Below, in pieces: positions 12,871 through 26,829 of a stretch of DNA of 64,000 nucleotides (position 1 is the stretch's first letter; each line of letters starts with the position of its first letter). The stretch is from Setoptus koraiensis (lineage: Eukaryota > Animalia > Arthropoda), in contig CM106586.1 in assembly GCA_048013815.1 (NCBI GenBank), forward strand, positions 22,754,001 through 22,818,000, written 5' to 3'. The position numbers and the translations under genes are program-made. The notes beneath the pieces are model-generated. The model did no database searches. It was not told the DNA's origin and saw only the letters and a list, made by a program, of their open reading frames with translations.

Positions 12871-13904
12871 TATTAGTGAGCTAAATTTGACTGTTTTTGA
12901 GGAGCACTCGTTGGTGACAATACCTTTAATTAGGATCTTTGGAGGAACATGACACTTTTCTTGCGAATCAATTCTGTCAGATTTTCTCTTCTATGAAGAC
13001 ACAATCTCGACTAAGTTTTCCCAGGCACACCATACCGATGAAAATCACATAAAAAACAAACAAAACCCTTCATATTTTCCAACTCTCTCAGATGTCATTC
13101 ACCTGACCATACCTAGAGGAATTGGTTCATGAAAATTCTAATTCTTCGTTGTTCTGAAAGAAAATCAATAATCAACTATTAATAGAAAGGTTGAAACCAC
13201 TAAGATGAGTAAGTGCACATCAAAGCGTTTGTCAACAACTTTTCTCTAAGAAAACATGAAAACTAACACCTACTTGATAATGATTTCTGCCCTTCTCTCA
13301 CAAGAAGGATGTTGGCTGGATAGGGCATAAACAAACTGCCAAGTTGTCAGCTATGAACCTCCTGATTCAGCAAATACAACATTATATCGAACTTCAGGCT
13401 AAAGTTGAGCGATCTTTCGTGGGCTTAGAAAAAAATCATTGATGACATATATGACGACCGCTGAGAGGGTGTTCTGAAATAAAAGATGTTTGTCATTGGC
13501 CGATTAGTTACTTGAGAACAACTATCTATGCCTTGACTGGTGGACATAATTCAAAACCACTACTATCAGCACAATCTAACAATAGTTCCATCAGAGTGAT
13601 TGTACCACGATGCAACAATAAAAAACTTACATGGATTGACCTCTTTTATTTAAGGTATAAACATGCTAGCAATCTTTTCAGCGGACATGATTATTATCTA
13701 GTCTTCTTTGGAAGTGGGCTCAAGTACTAACATTTATTTATAACTATAAGAGAGCTAATAGATTGGATGTACATAAGTTTATGACTTACAATACTGAGAA
13801 TACTTAAGATGCTTGAATGACTTGAAAATCAGATTGACCTTTGATCAAACTGTTGCATCATGGATGTCACTAAATTCCAGAATTACAACTATTCAGATAA
13901 TATT

Positions 13905-15419
13905 TCATTCATCTGGTAGATTGGATAAAAATTGTTCGAAGGCGTTGCATACATCATCATTCTGTTCATCGTCACTGTTTCCGAAGTCGTAGCCGATACC
14001 GTGACGGTTAACCTGAGGCTCTCTATATGAAAGAAGAAATAGAATACATAAAAAGTAAATGATGTTGAATATGGCATAATCTAATACTAATATTCAAAAG
14101 TATTCCTACAATCGAATCAATACTTACTCGGCAGGTATGATAAATTGTTCACCGTTAAATTCACAGACACTCTCTCCTTGGAGAATGTAATCGTTTTGCT
14201 CCAGTTGTTGTTGCAACTGTTCGTAATTCTCTTCGTCATCGTTGATGAGTCCATTCAAATCCTCTATATACTCGTAATTTTCTAGACTATTACCTGATTC
14301 ATAATTGGCGTAGTCATCGGCATTGTTTCTAACTGGTGAAACCATGTAATTGGCATGACCATTGGAGTTGATTGCCCAACCATTGCGTTTCAAGTGAATG
14401 ACACTTTCTACCAAGGCTCGAGTATTATCGGATATTGATTCATGTTCAGTAACACAAGTTTCCATGAGTGGAATAATATAATCCGTGGTACAATCCTGGT
14501 CCAAATGTTGAGTCAAAGAGATTTGGTCCAAACTTTGGCCGCATAGCTTTAAAATTTGGGCACTAACTTTCATTCGGTAGTCATCTGGCCATTGAACAAG
14601 TATTTTGATTAATTGTAATAATCCAATACCAAGATCGGGAGAGGCAATTCTAGAATAGAGATCTCCAATGAATAAGGTGAGGTCCTCGGTATAGGACTGT
14701 CTGTCGTTTTTTTCCTCTTGAATGATGGTGGAGCCAATCCACATTTTGCAACTGGTTCATGATTGATTATGATATTTGAAATTATGTTGAAAATATTGAT
14801 GTTAGAATGAAGTTGATAGCACCAAGCATGAGGTCTTGTTCTAACGAGCAATTGCCCGTTGTAATCGATACTGTATATAAATATAGACTGTTTAAATGTA
14901 AAGTACTCACCAATCGATCAGGGCGCTGTTGAATAGTGGACAATTCTCTCCGATATCATTGTTCAGGAGCATGCACAAGCGGACTCCATTATACCTGAAA
15001 TCTCTGTGAAATAAAGCTGCCTCCACTATCTGTTGTACAACGTCTTTGGGGACAGAGGGACCTTCATTCATCCAATTAGCGGCGGTTTTGACCAATTCTT
15101 TGACATGCGTATCAAACAATGAGGGATCCGGCGTGACTATTCTAATAAAGTCCTCCAGGTCACGAACAAGTAAGGGCTTCTTGACCTTGGCTTGATGTAC
15201 CACCCTTCCATTGAAGGTATTTGAGGTGTGTGCAACGACATTATTATGGTTATTTATTTGGCCTGCTCTTCCTCCATCGCCGCCTGCTGGATTGTTGTTA
15301 TACTGATCATGAATATAAGTCCTAGGTAGTTGAGGTAATTGATTGTTCTCTAACTGATAAGATATAACGCGGCCTTGCCGTTGCTTGGAAGGTATAAATT
15401 CTTTGGCGTCGGGATTCAT
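13905..15419 (-). CDS. PAIP1: Poly(A)-binding protein-interacting protein 1; exons 15419-14911, 14751-14128, 14021-13905
   Basis: N-terminal PAM2 motif ([10 protein letters not shown]), MIF4G-like helical domain ([29 protein letters not shown]), acidic C-terminus ending AFEQFL; phase-consistent introns. Confidence 0.85.
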
Positions 15420-16104
15420 TGTTGATCTCCTTTGTATGCTAGTGGCTCTTTAATCAGTTGTCTTGGCTATTTTTATCTCGCTGGGTCTCTAACTCTATGT
15501 GTAGATATATATATCTTTCTCTACTTGAATAATTATCTCAAAAATTAGTATTACTATATAATAAAGAATTATTACTAATGTAGTTGTTTGTTGATAGTGA
15601 TGCTCAAGTAAACAAATATATAAGTATTTTTTGTTGTTTACAACTATAATTGAAGTATAAAAAATTTGCCCATACTGTAGCATTGGAGTACTATAGTTTA
15701 CAACAATGTGTACAATCGCTAACATAAATATTTTTCGAACGGGGATAAAATCATGTGCTTTTCCCTGCATGCTCAGTGGCAGAAATTCAGCGTGACATTA
15801 GAATTCCCCTTACAAATTCAAATCTTCTGCGCAGGAAAAGCACATGATCCCTTCCCCCAAAAATTGTTTTTGTAGTGATGTTTTTGTCAGAAGATCTTTG
15901 CACAGTCAACTCGATTCGATTTAATTTTGTTCAAAATTGGCGCTAGTCCTGCTCAAAATACACTTGCAACTTGTGGTGCGATTAACGTCAAGCTCAATTG
16001 TAACTTGCGAGCCGGTTCTCCATGTGTATCTAATTTGTTACATAATACATTCGAATAATTAACACCATAGCTTCAATCAGATAGGCTAATTCCAATCTTT
16101 TCAG

Positions 16105-16682
16105 ATGAATGTCGTCAAAGCAATTATCTTTTTCGATATAGATGGCAAGAGGACTCTCGCCAAATATTATAGCGATCAAATCTCGCAAAAGTCATTCGAG
16201 AAGAATATATTCTCCAAGACTCACAGGTCCAAGGATGAGATCGTAATGGTGGATGGTCTGATAGTCCTACACAAAGCTGTCAACGATCTCCATCTTTACG
16301 TCGTCGGTGGATCCGATGAAAATCCTATGATTCTTGGTAGTGTTCTGGATTGCATCAAAGATTGTATTGAAGCGATCTTACATAAGAATGTTGATAAAAG
16401 GATGCTTCTTGGAAGCCTGGATAGGATCATTCTGGCACTGGATGAGATTTGTGACGGAGGGTAAGTCATAATGATCATCATATCAAAACTCAGGCATGAA
16501 TACTCAAATTCACTAGTCATCTAACATGTGATCTTTTCATCTTCATCAGCGTTGTTATTGAAACAGACAAGAATCTCGTTCTACAGCGTGTAGAACTGAA
16601 GGATGATAATGCCGAGCAATCAGTAGCCCAAATATTCCAACAGGCGAAAGACCAAGTTAGATGGACGTTGCTTAATAAATAG
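16105..16682 (+). CDS. COPZ1: Coatomer subunit zeta; exons 16105-16460, 16550-16682 (a short upstream exon is possible)
   Basis: VKAIIFFDIDGKR.LAKYY, FEKNIFSKTHR, DLHLYVVG..DEN..IL, LALDEICDGG|VVIETD, QSVAQIFQQAKDQVRWTLL. Confidence 0.92.
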
Positions 16683-16849
16683 ACTATCATAGCTCTTGTA
16701 TGAAATGTTGCTCTATCAACATAGCCAATAAAGTGCATTCACCCTACACACCCCATCAAATATAATAAATCAATTTTTATATTTATTGACCATAAGGATA
16801 TTATATCTGAACGTATAGTAAACATACAACAAACATTGTTCTCACATTC

Positions 16850-18283
16850 TTAACTTTGTTCCTCATCTATCTGTAGCAATGCGTCTATATCCATGGCATC
16901 GAGTTCGTGTATCGTTTGATTGAAGTGTTGCATAAGAGATTCGATCATTCTCTTCTCTGCAGCACTTGAAATCATATTTATGGCAAGACCTGATTTACCG
17001 AATCTACCTGTTCTTCCTATCCTATGTAGATAAGTTTCTTTATCGATATCTCCCGTAGCGATGTCCCTTGGTAAGTCATAATTTACGACCACAGTAACTT
17101 GGGCAATGTCGATACCTCGTGCCGTGAGATTTGTAGAAATCAATACTCGTTCCACGCCATTTCTGAATCGAGTGATGGCCTCTGTTCTTTGTTCCACGGT
17201 GAGATCTCCTGTTATGAGACCAACAGTCTGGCCATCTTTTGATAGTTTATCTGCGAGCCAAGTAGCGGATTTTTTAGTTTGACAGAATATAAAAGTCTGT
17301 CCTATGCATATTGTTCCGAAGATGTTTGATAATGATTTGTATTTGTCCTCTTCCGTCCTACAAGTGATGTAATATTGTTTAATATTATCTAGTGACTGCT
17401 CTTCGGGTTTGAGATGTATTTGAATAGCATTGGGCACGACCTCTTGAGCGAACCGATGGATATTGTCCTCATATGTGGCACTAAACAATAGTAACTGGCA
17501 CGTGTCAGATAATGCTCTCTTAATTCTGATCGATTGTTGACGATGTCCCTGAGTATCAATCATCACGTCAGCCTCATCTAAAACAAAAACTTTAATTGTC
17601 TTGGGGTCAAATGATTTGTATTTACAAACACAATCTGACATTTTGCCCGGCGTTCCTATGAGTACGTGCTCGGTAAATTTTGTCCGTCCAAACATTTCTC
17701 CCTTGGTTACTAGTTTAAATGTTATATCCCGCTTGAATTGGGCCATGGTTGTGGCCACATTATAAGTTTGAACAGCTAACTCGTATGTAGGTGACAGAAT
17801 AAGCACTTGAGGTTGCGGAAGACCGGTATCAACTCGTGACAGGCTGGCCAGAATGAAGGCGGCGGTTTTTCCCGTGCCCGATTGCGATTGTGCAATCATG
17901 TTTTTTGGTGGTGTTTCCATGAGCAGAGGCAAGGCGGTCTCTTGAATTTTTGACGGCCGATCAAAGCCCATGTCATACACTCCACGCAACAATGCTTCGT
18001 CCAAATTTAATTCTTCAAAACATTTTATGCTATAGAGGGGACTGTTGGGATCCTTACGGATAATTTCAACATTACTAGATGTGTTCAGCAATGAGGATCG
18101 TAATACCTTGTTCATTAATGAGAAATCCGCTAGCGTGGGCTCCTTCTCGGTCTCGGTTTGTTGGGCAGCTGCGGCATCTCCGCCAGTTTGACCGGATTGA
18201 TCCGAGTTGATGGTGAGCTGGTCGAGCAACTGAGCCGCCACATTGTTGATATTTTGGTTGGTTGTTCCGGAATGGGATGCCAT
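16850..18283 (-). CDS. DDX19: DEAD-box mRNA export helicase Dbp5/DDX19; single exon, 477 aa
   Basis: RKDPNSPLYS, PSKIQETALP, IAQSQSGTGKT, PTYELA, DEAD, SAT, TARGID, YLHRIGRTGRFG. Confidence 0.95.
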   Translation of the reverse strand: MASHSGTTNQNINNVAAQLLDQLTINSDQSGQTGGDAAAAQQTETEKEPTLADFSLMNKVLRSSLLNTSSNVEIIRKDPNSPLYSIKCFEELNLDEALLRGVYDMGFDRPSKIQETALPLLMETPPKNMIAQSQSGTGKTAAFILASLSRVDTGLPQPQVLILSPTYELAVQTYNVATTMAQFKRDITFKLVTKGEMFGRTKFTEHVLIGTPGKMSDCVCKYKSFDPKTIKVFVLDEADVMIDTQGHRQQSIRIKRALSDTCQLLLFSATYEDNIHRFAQEVVPNAIQIHLKPEEQSLDNIKQYYITCRTEEDKYKSLSNIFGTICIGQTFIFCQTKKSATWLADKLSKDGQTVGLITGDLTVEQRTEAITRFRNGVERVLISTNLTARGIDIAQVTVVVNYDLPRDIATGDIDKETYLHRIGRTGRFGKSGLAINMISSAAEKRMIESLMQHFNQTIHELDAMDIDALLQIDEEQS

Positions 18284-18899
18284 CGTTGAGTGATTGAGTG
18301 ATAGATAATTGAAGTTAATGAAAGATCAGTGATAATAGTAATTTGACATTCATGTGGGACCGGCATGTACTGGTTGTAAGATCGCGTTTCGGAGATTTCT
18401 GTGCACACGCACAACGACACGGCGCACGGATTCCCATCAATATCTACAGTGCGTGCGAGCACAGACTCATGCAACTGCTTCAGTGCCGGCACTGGGTACA
18501 ATCTGACAGTTTTGCTGCTTTGTGTTGTTCTGCGCAGTTCGGATCGTGGTCGCGCCAATTTTGAAGCAAATTAAGTGAGCACCAGGCGCAAAGTGAGTTT
18601 CTGTGGAGGCAATGCAAATATGCAAATATAAATTCAAATTGTCAAGTGAGTTGTGTAGAACAAACAACAGTGTTCGCAGAATCTCACCAACTGTCAAACT
18701 CAACATGGCGAGCATGTCGTGTCGTCGTCTAAATTGACAGTTCGCCGGAGATTATTATGAAAGAGACAAATCGCCATGCAGCATTGTTAGTTTGGCCTGC
18801 GAGCGAGTCAGCGAGATGAGGGCCAATGCAATGTTTTATAATGTGTATAACAACAGTGCAACAACTATCTAGCTTTACAAACTGTAGCTTCAGTTTGCG

Positions 18900-18982
18900 C
18901 TGCAGGTAGTTGGAGTTTTTGCTGCAGGTAGTTGGAGTTTGCACTGCAGGTAGTTGGAGTTTGCACTGCAGGTAGTTGGAGT
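18900..18982. repeat. 22-bp tandem repeat (CTGCAGGTAGTTGGAGTTTGCA) x~3.7
   Basis: Directly visible. Confidence 0.9.
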
Positions 18983-20702
18983 AGTTTGAGAAGGTGGCGC
19001 AAACAGAGAACTAGCCGAGGCCCGAACTAGGTGCCGCTGTAGCCGGTTAATTTGCATAAGCATCTTAAGGGATTAAAAATAGCGGCGAGTGGGGAGCGCC
19101 AATGTCGAGCCGACTCGTTGATTACATCATTATTATATCCGTTATTGTTGTCTGGTTGTGTGGGGCGAAAAATGGTGCGATGCTGGAGCAGGCTAGCAGG
19201 AATATGGGCGAGACAAACAATAGATTTATGATGACATAGGTTATGAATGCTCATTATACAGTCTAGCCAGCGTCGCGTGCTGGTGGCGCGTCGTTGTGCC
19301 GGGCACCATCGCCGTTTGAGGTGACAGACGCCGTGTTGTGTCGCTTAAGTGGGGCCCCTTGTTTTCACAAAACTCACCGAATCTCTTTTAATAATTGACT
19401 AGACGCAACTTGTGTGCCGCCAACAGAGGCCAACGGGGGCCAGCGGAGGCCCGACAGGAGGCCGACGGAGGGCCGACAGAGAGCCAACAGCGAGGAACGT
19501 GTCTGATGTGTCGATTGTGCTGGCATCGCCTTGAGGTGATAGACGCCGTGTCGTGTTGCTGTTGCACTGCTTACAGTGGCTTGCTGTGCCTGGCAGTGCC
19601 CGGTGGCGCGACAACTACAAGCCGCGGTCTAACTAGCAACCATATTTGACAACAACTTAAGCAACTTAAAAGCTGACTAAAAGGCCCCTCCTGCCCCCGA
19701 CAAAAGTCTTGCCCGTAGCTGCGGGTTAACAACGTGCGAAAGTGCTCGGTCGTCATTAAATCTTGTTTCAACCCCTCTGCTGGCTGCTGTCAGCGTTTTC
19801 CTCGAAACATTTAGCCCGCTCGCGAGTATCTGCCTGTTGTGGAGGCCGGTATTGGGGGCCGGCTTACGAGCGACTGGCTTGCGAGAGAGCCGCAGCGCAA
19901 AGGACTAACAAGACGCACGGCATAGACAAAGAGCTAGGCGCAAATAACGGATGAGCCGCACAGGTGAGTAACGGAACTATGCACACTTTGCAGCTAGCCG
20001 TGTGTTAGTTTGTGTGAACTACCTTGTGAAACAAACAGTAAACTGTGTTCTGGTTAGGCGACGCACGACACGACACGACACGACTATGCTATGCGACAAG
20101 GCAACATTGGCAGTTAGTGGGCCTCGTTGCAACATGTATAAATAGTCACAAGTGCACTACTTCCTCGTGACAGTTGTGAGCGCACCGTTAGTGTTCATGG
20201 GGTTGTCCGTTGTTTCTCTTTAATAGACTCTAAAACACACACTATCAACGCCACTACCGCACTCATTATTGTCGTGGCGTGAGACAATTGATAGAAATTG
20301 GTAGGGAAAATTAAAACAAGTTTGTTGTTTGTGTTACGTGTGTGACTTTGTTTGTTTCTCTCTCTCTCGCTCTCTTGGCGGCTCGTGCGCCGGGTCCGCT
20401 CGACTGTGCCCGCCACGAACACTTAACCGTTGTTTGTGGGCCCCAGCTCCGTTGGCCGGGCCCGTGGCCGCGCGGCACTATGCGAACCCGCCGGCGGACC
20501 CGTAGTCGCGACTCGCGAGCACGCTGCACGCAACATAGATAACAAGTGTCAAATCAACTTAAAATGTATCTGTCCCGAGCACTGCGAGCCTCATTGGCCG
20601 CCGTATTTCGGACAGATACAGCACATACTCTGCAGCACCGTATGAATAGTCGGAGCCGCGAACAATGCCACCGGCGGATTGATGGCCCCTCAGCCGGGCC
20701 CC

Positions 20703-20706
<4 letters not shown>

Positions 20707-20753
<47 letters not shown>
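20707..20753. repeat. (CA)n microsatellite
   Basis: Directly visible. Confidence 0.95.
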
Positions 20754-20756
<3 letters not shown>

Positions 20757-22847
20757 ACGGGCACGGCGGGATATTGTTGTTGTTTGTCTAGTGCAGAGTC
20801 TAGACTGGCGGCTGGCTGTCGTCGAGCCGATCATCGGCGAATTCAGCCGGCTCGTGCGCCGCTCACTTGGGCCCCACGTAAACAATATAATGGATGTGAC
20901 CAACGGCCGTGCCGGATAAAGCGATACAGCGGCGCCCAGATGCTCACCCGCAACGAACGCGTTCTCGGAAATTCACTCCCTTGTCCGGCTGCGATCGACT
21001 GCACCTCACGGGCACCCATCTCCAGCCGAGACAAACACCGACACCAAGTATTTGTTCGTGGCTGTGCGCTGTATTTTTACACACTTTGTGCGTCTATTTG
21101 TGATTCTGACAGTTTGCACACTTGGCGCTGGGGCCCACAAAAAACTCACTGTGTGATGCTCGCACTGGCGGCGACATATCGCCGCCGCAACCGGCGACCG
21201 GCGACCGGCTCAGTCCGACACGACGAGCGGGCCAAGGTGAATAAAACAGAAACAGACGCCGCGATGACCTTGACTAATTCCAAATAATAATAAAGAGTCA
21301 GTTTCAATTTCAGCCGCCAGCCAGCGACGCGACCACCTAGCCAAACAGCGGCCCTTCGCTGTGTGGCGCTGGCCGCGCCCCAGTCGGGGGCTCCGGCAAA
21401 AAGTTGGGCTGAGGCTGAAACGAGAAGCCAGAGTGCGTAATGTGATAGTCATTGTATACAATATAATGTGTATTTGTGTGTGTGTGTGTACCTATCTTGT
21501 GAGCCAATAATTTGCTTGGATGCAATTTAATTTGCTAACGTCGTTGCTGTAGCCATGGCGACCGCTGCTGTTGCCGCTATTGAAATAAATTATCCTCTCT
21601 CGCAACAACTCTTAAATCATAATTTATACTTGGCTACACAATTGCACACACACGCACAGTAGTACATATTGATATCTACTATTATATTGTATATTGATAT
21701 ATAACCGTTATCCATTGTCATTGGGTCGAGGCTACAAGAAGCCTTAGTTGTCGCCAATTGAAATGGAGGGAGCCCAATTCAATTATTCTGCTTGTAAGCG
21801 ATTGCGCCGCCAACCAACGGGCCAATGACCGTCACCAGCGTTGCTGGTCATCAGTCATAATTGATTATGCCGAAATAACATTACTGCGCCGCTATTATCT
21901 GCGGCCTACTATCCGCTTGCTTGGGGCCGCTTGCTTGGGGCCGCTTTTGCAGCTGAGCCCGCGTCCGCCAGACTCTACTGCCGGTCCACACTCGAGACGC
22001 GCCGAGGTATACCATTAATTCGAGCACTCTCTCTAACAAACTGCCCCGTGTCCATCGAGCGTTTCCGCTACACTTTTGTTTATTGCCAAGCTCGATGTGT
22101 CGTCAACAAGTTAGATTTGTCCGTATAGCGTCTGGGGCGCGCCTAACGGGTGAGATTTGCAGCAACATGGACATGGTTTTTGGGGGCACATTTTCAATTT
22201 TGCCGGCTATGAAAAAAGGGTTGAAAAAAGTGAAACTTGTCCGCATCCGCGCCACTCACAAAGCGCCCATGTGGGCCACCAATAAAGAAATGACCATCTC
22301 AAAAGTCGAGTTCCATTTTATTATTATTATCTGGCATTGGTGTATGGCACGGCATGGCATGCGGAAACCAACACAATTGGCCAGACGATAATTGCATTGC
22401 CGACGACGACAAGTTGCTCATGTGTAACTTGTGTGCTTGTGTATATCTTGTTGCGGATATTTACATTAGAAATTGGCTTCTCATCGAACTTGGATGATCG
22501 AAGAGATCGAAGAAATCGCTCTCTCGTGCTCGCCGGCAATCAATGGCTTGATCGCACTCGCTGGGGGCCCCCGTGACTTGCGCTGTGCTATAGGACCCGC
22601 GCTGTGGGGCCCGTGCTGTGGGGCCCTTACTATGGGGCCCGTGCTTTATCACGCGCACACATGCACCTCGCGAGTCGCGGCGGATCATTTGTGAGACAGA
22701 GTGAGGAAGTAACAAACACACAACACAGCTATATCTTGCCGATTGGGGTTGTTTGTATACTCACACAAGCACCAGACTTCACGTCTGATTGTTGCCGTTG
22801 TGTGTTGTATACACACACACACACATACAACAGCGGATATTTTCGCA

Positions 22848-22910
22848 GCCGACAATGCCGACAATGCCGACAATACCGACAATGCCGACAATGCCGACAA
22901 TACCGACGAT
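22848..22910. repeat. 9-bp tandem repeat (G/A)CCGACAAT x7
   Basis: Directly visible. Confidence 0.9.
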
Positions 22911-24618
22911 GCAACGACGCAAGGCGACGCGACGACACGACAACAGCGCGAGTTGGCCAGCCCCAGGTTATGTAACTTGCGAGCGGCACACGTGACGCAA
23001 CACACCTAAAGAACGCGTGACTATTATTAGTTGGCGCGCAAAGTTTACTGTTGTCAACTGTTGGCTGCTGCTGCTGCTGCTGCTGCACAGATCTCGCTGC
23101 ACTCGGCCCAGCCAGCGCCACAGACAAAGAGGGGACAGTTACATAATTAATTAACTTAGGACATTGGCGCCCATTAGCTGGCATACAAACAAAGTGGCGG
23201 CGAAACACAACGGGTTGCGTTGTGTTCATTAGCGTGCCTCTTCAATTAAGCGATTTGTCTCTCGGCGAGCCACTGGCACAACTCAAGACGCACAACTCAC
23301 GACACACAGCGAGCAGTTTGTTCCCACGCTTGCTCGCCGCGTTGTTACACCGACACTCTGATTGGAGGGGCCCCGGGAGGGCCGCTCCCGATCGAGTGCT
23401 GAGTGTGCCGGCAAACTTTGCCAGCAAACGTTTCAGGCGCAAAGTTTAAATGTCCGTCGGACACAAAAGTTTATCTGGGCGCATTTTCCTGGAAAAAAAG
23501 CAACTCAAGTGTTGGGCAAAAAGACGCTTCCTGGAATGGGAATAAGCAGCAGAAAAAGAGCAAAAGTGGCGCGCCATTGTCGACGTCACATTCGGCATGC
23601 TCGCGTGCTGATTAATCGCAGACTGCGCTCGCTAATAATAATTTCGCCTCGAACGAGCTCGTCTGCGAACCATTCGCACGAAACATCCAATCGTCCAGTG
23701 CAAGCGGCCAATGGGCGGCCAATGCCCAATCGGAATGGCAATATCAAAAGATCAGACGACGAGTGGCGGACAGGTGACAGCCAGGGACAGCTGACTGGCG
23801 TTCGAGTGAGTTGTTGCATCACAAACGGGCATCTCATTAGCTCATTTGCATAATTGAAATTGTTGCCGGCAATCGGCGATTGGCGGCAAGCGGCCAACTC
23901 TGGTGGCGCCACCAGCCTCATTGGCTGTACTAAGTCAGCCGGTCGGTCAGCCAGCCAGCCAGTCAGTGTGGCACACAAAACGGCCATAATTCACATTAAT
24001 GTCATCTTTTGGCGTGTTTGTAACCTGTCAATTCTCATAGATGCACGACATTGATCAATGTTCGGCCGGCCGGCCAATCGCCACACATAATGTGACACGG
24101 CGGCGGTCTTGGCAGCGCGGCGGGCGGTCGCCGCCAGGTAACCCTTTGCTGCTCGCTTATTTCCTTGCTGCTGCTTGTTTTTTATTCCATCCGCTAGCTG
24201 GCTCGCGACGCTAATGACGACTGATGATATCACCGCGCCAGCAGTAATGGTCTGGTCAAGTCAACCAGAAGAGATTTGCATTTCAATGCCGCCGCCGCCG
24301 CCGTCCGTCCGTGTCCGTGTGTCGCTGAATTAACTGAACCGTTATATTTCCACTATCACTGCCACCGTGTGTGACATATCTCGTTACACAACATATCGCA
24401 CGGGTTTCGGTGCCGGTCCAGTTAGTTAGCCACTCAATATTTGCGCTCGCTTGCAGCCGAAACAGCGGCCGAAACAGCGGCCAGCAGCCGAAACAGCGGC
24501 CGAAACAGCGGCCAGCGGCGGCAAAACAAAACACTGACGGAAAAAACTGGCGCCCCATTCATGCTAATACATCGCGTGTCTATAATGTTACTTTTGATAT
24601 GATATTACTTTTTGTCTG

Positions 24619-24619
<1 letters not shown>

Positions 24620-24689
<70 letters not shown>
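24620..24689. repeat. (CA)n microsatellite, ~35 units
   Basis: Directly visible. Confidence 0.95.
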
Positions 24690-24690
<1 letters not shown>

Positions 24691-26787
24691 CATGCAGTAA
24701 CGTACAGGTAAATCGCAAATCAAATGGGCGCCTAAATGGCGGACTTTTGGACTTTTCTCATTAAGCCGCTCGCACTGTCCGGCCGCCGGCTCAGCTATTT
24801 ATTTCGGTAATAGCTGCCGGCTTTTACAAAAATAAATGAGTTTATCTTGACCCCCCCACCCCCTCCACTGACACATTCTCTCTGGTGGCTTGACGGTGCA
24901 ACCACGAGCTCGTAAAACTGGCGCCCACCGAGGCCGCCCGATCAGAATGTAAAATCTGCGCTCCGAATGATAAAAAGCTTGTCGAGATTACAATTTAGAT
25001 TGGCCGGCACTGGCCGACATTGAGCCAATTACTGGCTGTTGTTGCGGCTTCGCCTGTCACTTTGGGCTGACTTTTGCCGCTCGCTCCGCTTTTTATCCGT
25101 TGCGGTGTTCGTATCTGCATATGCCAATTGGCTGGCCGGCCCGCCGGGTGGTGGCGCTTAATTCGATGGGACACAAAACATATATATTTATATTTAGTGT
25201 GACTCGAAAACTTTGTTCGTCGTTACACAACAACACCCGGCAGCGGCGAACAGGCAGCGGCGAACAGGCAGCAGCAGCAACGGCGACAACAGTTATTGTG
25301 TCTAGTTTTGTGACACGCCAGCGACACGCACAACACAATGTCGAGACACTTCCTGTTTCATGCGGCACGATGACGGCTTGTCGCATAGCAGCATCATGCC
25401 AGCAGCCAGGTGAGGAAGACTCGCCAAAGGTACTCACCTTTGGAGTATATATGTGCCGTTATATATGTAACGGTGATAATGCTTGTGCGAGGGCTTATTA
25501 GCTGCATGAAATGTACCGTTATGATCATGTAATAAGCAAATGTCGCCCGGTACGTGTGATACGACGACATGATATGTAAGATGAGACAAGTACAATTACA
25601 CTTTGATCGGCGCACCAAATAAAATAATCGCCGACGTTCTGGGGAACCTCGACTGGCGGTTGGTTGCAGCCAATTTGACTTTTGTCGTCGTTGTGTTATG
25701 CGTGTGCAACCAACACACAAAAACGGCGATCAACGACGCTGCCGTGGCCCAGCTAATTAACACAACAAAACAACCGGTCCACAATGGCCCCACAATTTGC
25801 CATTGTCAACGGGTTGCCGCTGTCGGTTGCTGTTGCCAGGGTTGCCGACGACGACACGCCAGCCGCAACAACAGCCCTGACAACAACATATGCAAATCAA
25901 TTGTTGTTGTCGGCGCACCGATGGCATGAACAGCCGTGGCCAAAGAGTTGATTATGGGCCCCACTGATTTAGCCCATTTACTATCATTCTTTTCAGTGTT
26001 GCATGTCGCATGTCATAATAATCGCCAGTGCAGTATATTGATATGCAAAAAAGAGTTACCAATAACTCAGGTACATGTTGGTATTATATATATATATATA
26101 TATATAAATATAGCTGCTGCGACATTGGTAGAATTGTTTTTGTTCACGATACACAACACTATTATGCAACATGATGATATCTCTCTCGCTCTCTATGACG
26201 CGCGTTCTCTGTGTCGTGTTCGCGTCGACGACGAGAAACCTTATAAAGTAAGTAAATCTATGAATAATAATCATCGCTGACAGACAGCTTTCAGCTTTCA
26301 TCAGTTGACAACTACAGCCACTGTTACTTGCAACTATTGTAACGACATGTCGCACCACTACAATGGCGACAATGGGCCCTCACAACACTTCTGCCTGTGT
26401 TATGGCCCCCATCAAATCACGTAATGACTCACGTATACGCACACATACGTACATAAGCGGAAACAGAGTTCACCAGAATTAGAGTTCGTTGATACCCACT
26501 TGATAAAATGCCAGACGTTTGGTCTCATTTTATTCCTCATGCCTACCTGGTCAATTTTCTCGCTATGCATGCCCTGCTAATGATTGATTTATTCCACACA
26601 CACACACACAAATGATATTTCGTAACTAACCGATACCCCAGTTCCTTGCTCACTGCTCGCTCGGCCATGTGCCCAGCCGACATGTGGGCTCCACCCAACC
26701 AATCTGAAGTCGATCTGCTCATCGCATTCATCAATTAATGGCCGGCTCGATGAGTGCCGTAACTCAGGTGCACAAAGTAAGATTTTC

Positions 26788-26829
26788 GCCACTGCATTTT
26801 TTTTGCTACTGCAAAAAAAATGCAGTGGC
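26788..26829. repeat. Perfect 19-bp inverted repeat, 4-nt loop
   Basis: GCCACTGCA-T8-GC / TACT / GC-A8-TGCAGTGGC. Confidence 0.9.

Noticed and set aside
22337-22576. ALPTTTSCSCVTC resembling a cystine-knot hormone C-terminus
   Set aside because: No upstream Cys pattern or exon chain found.
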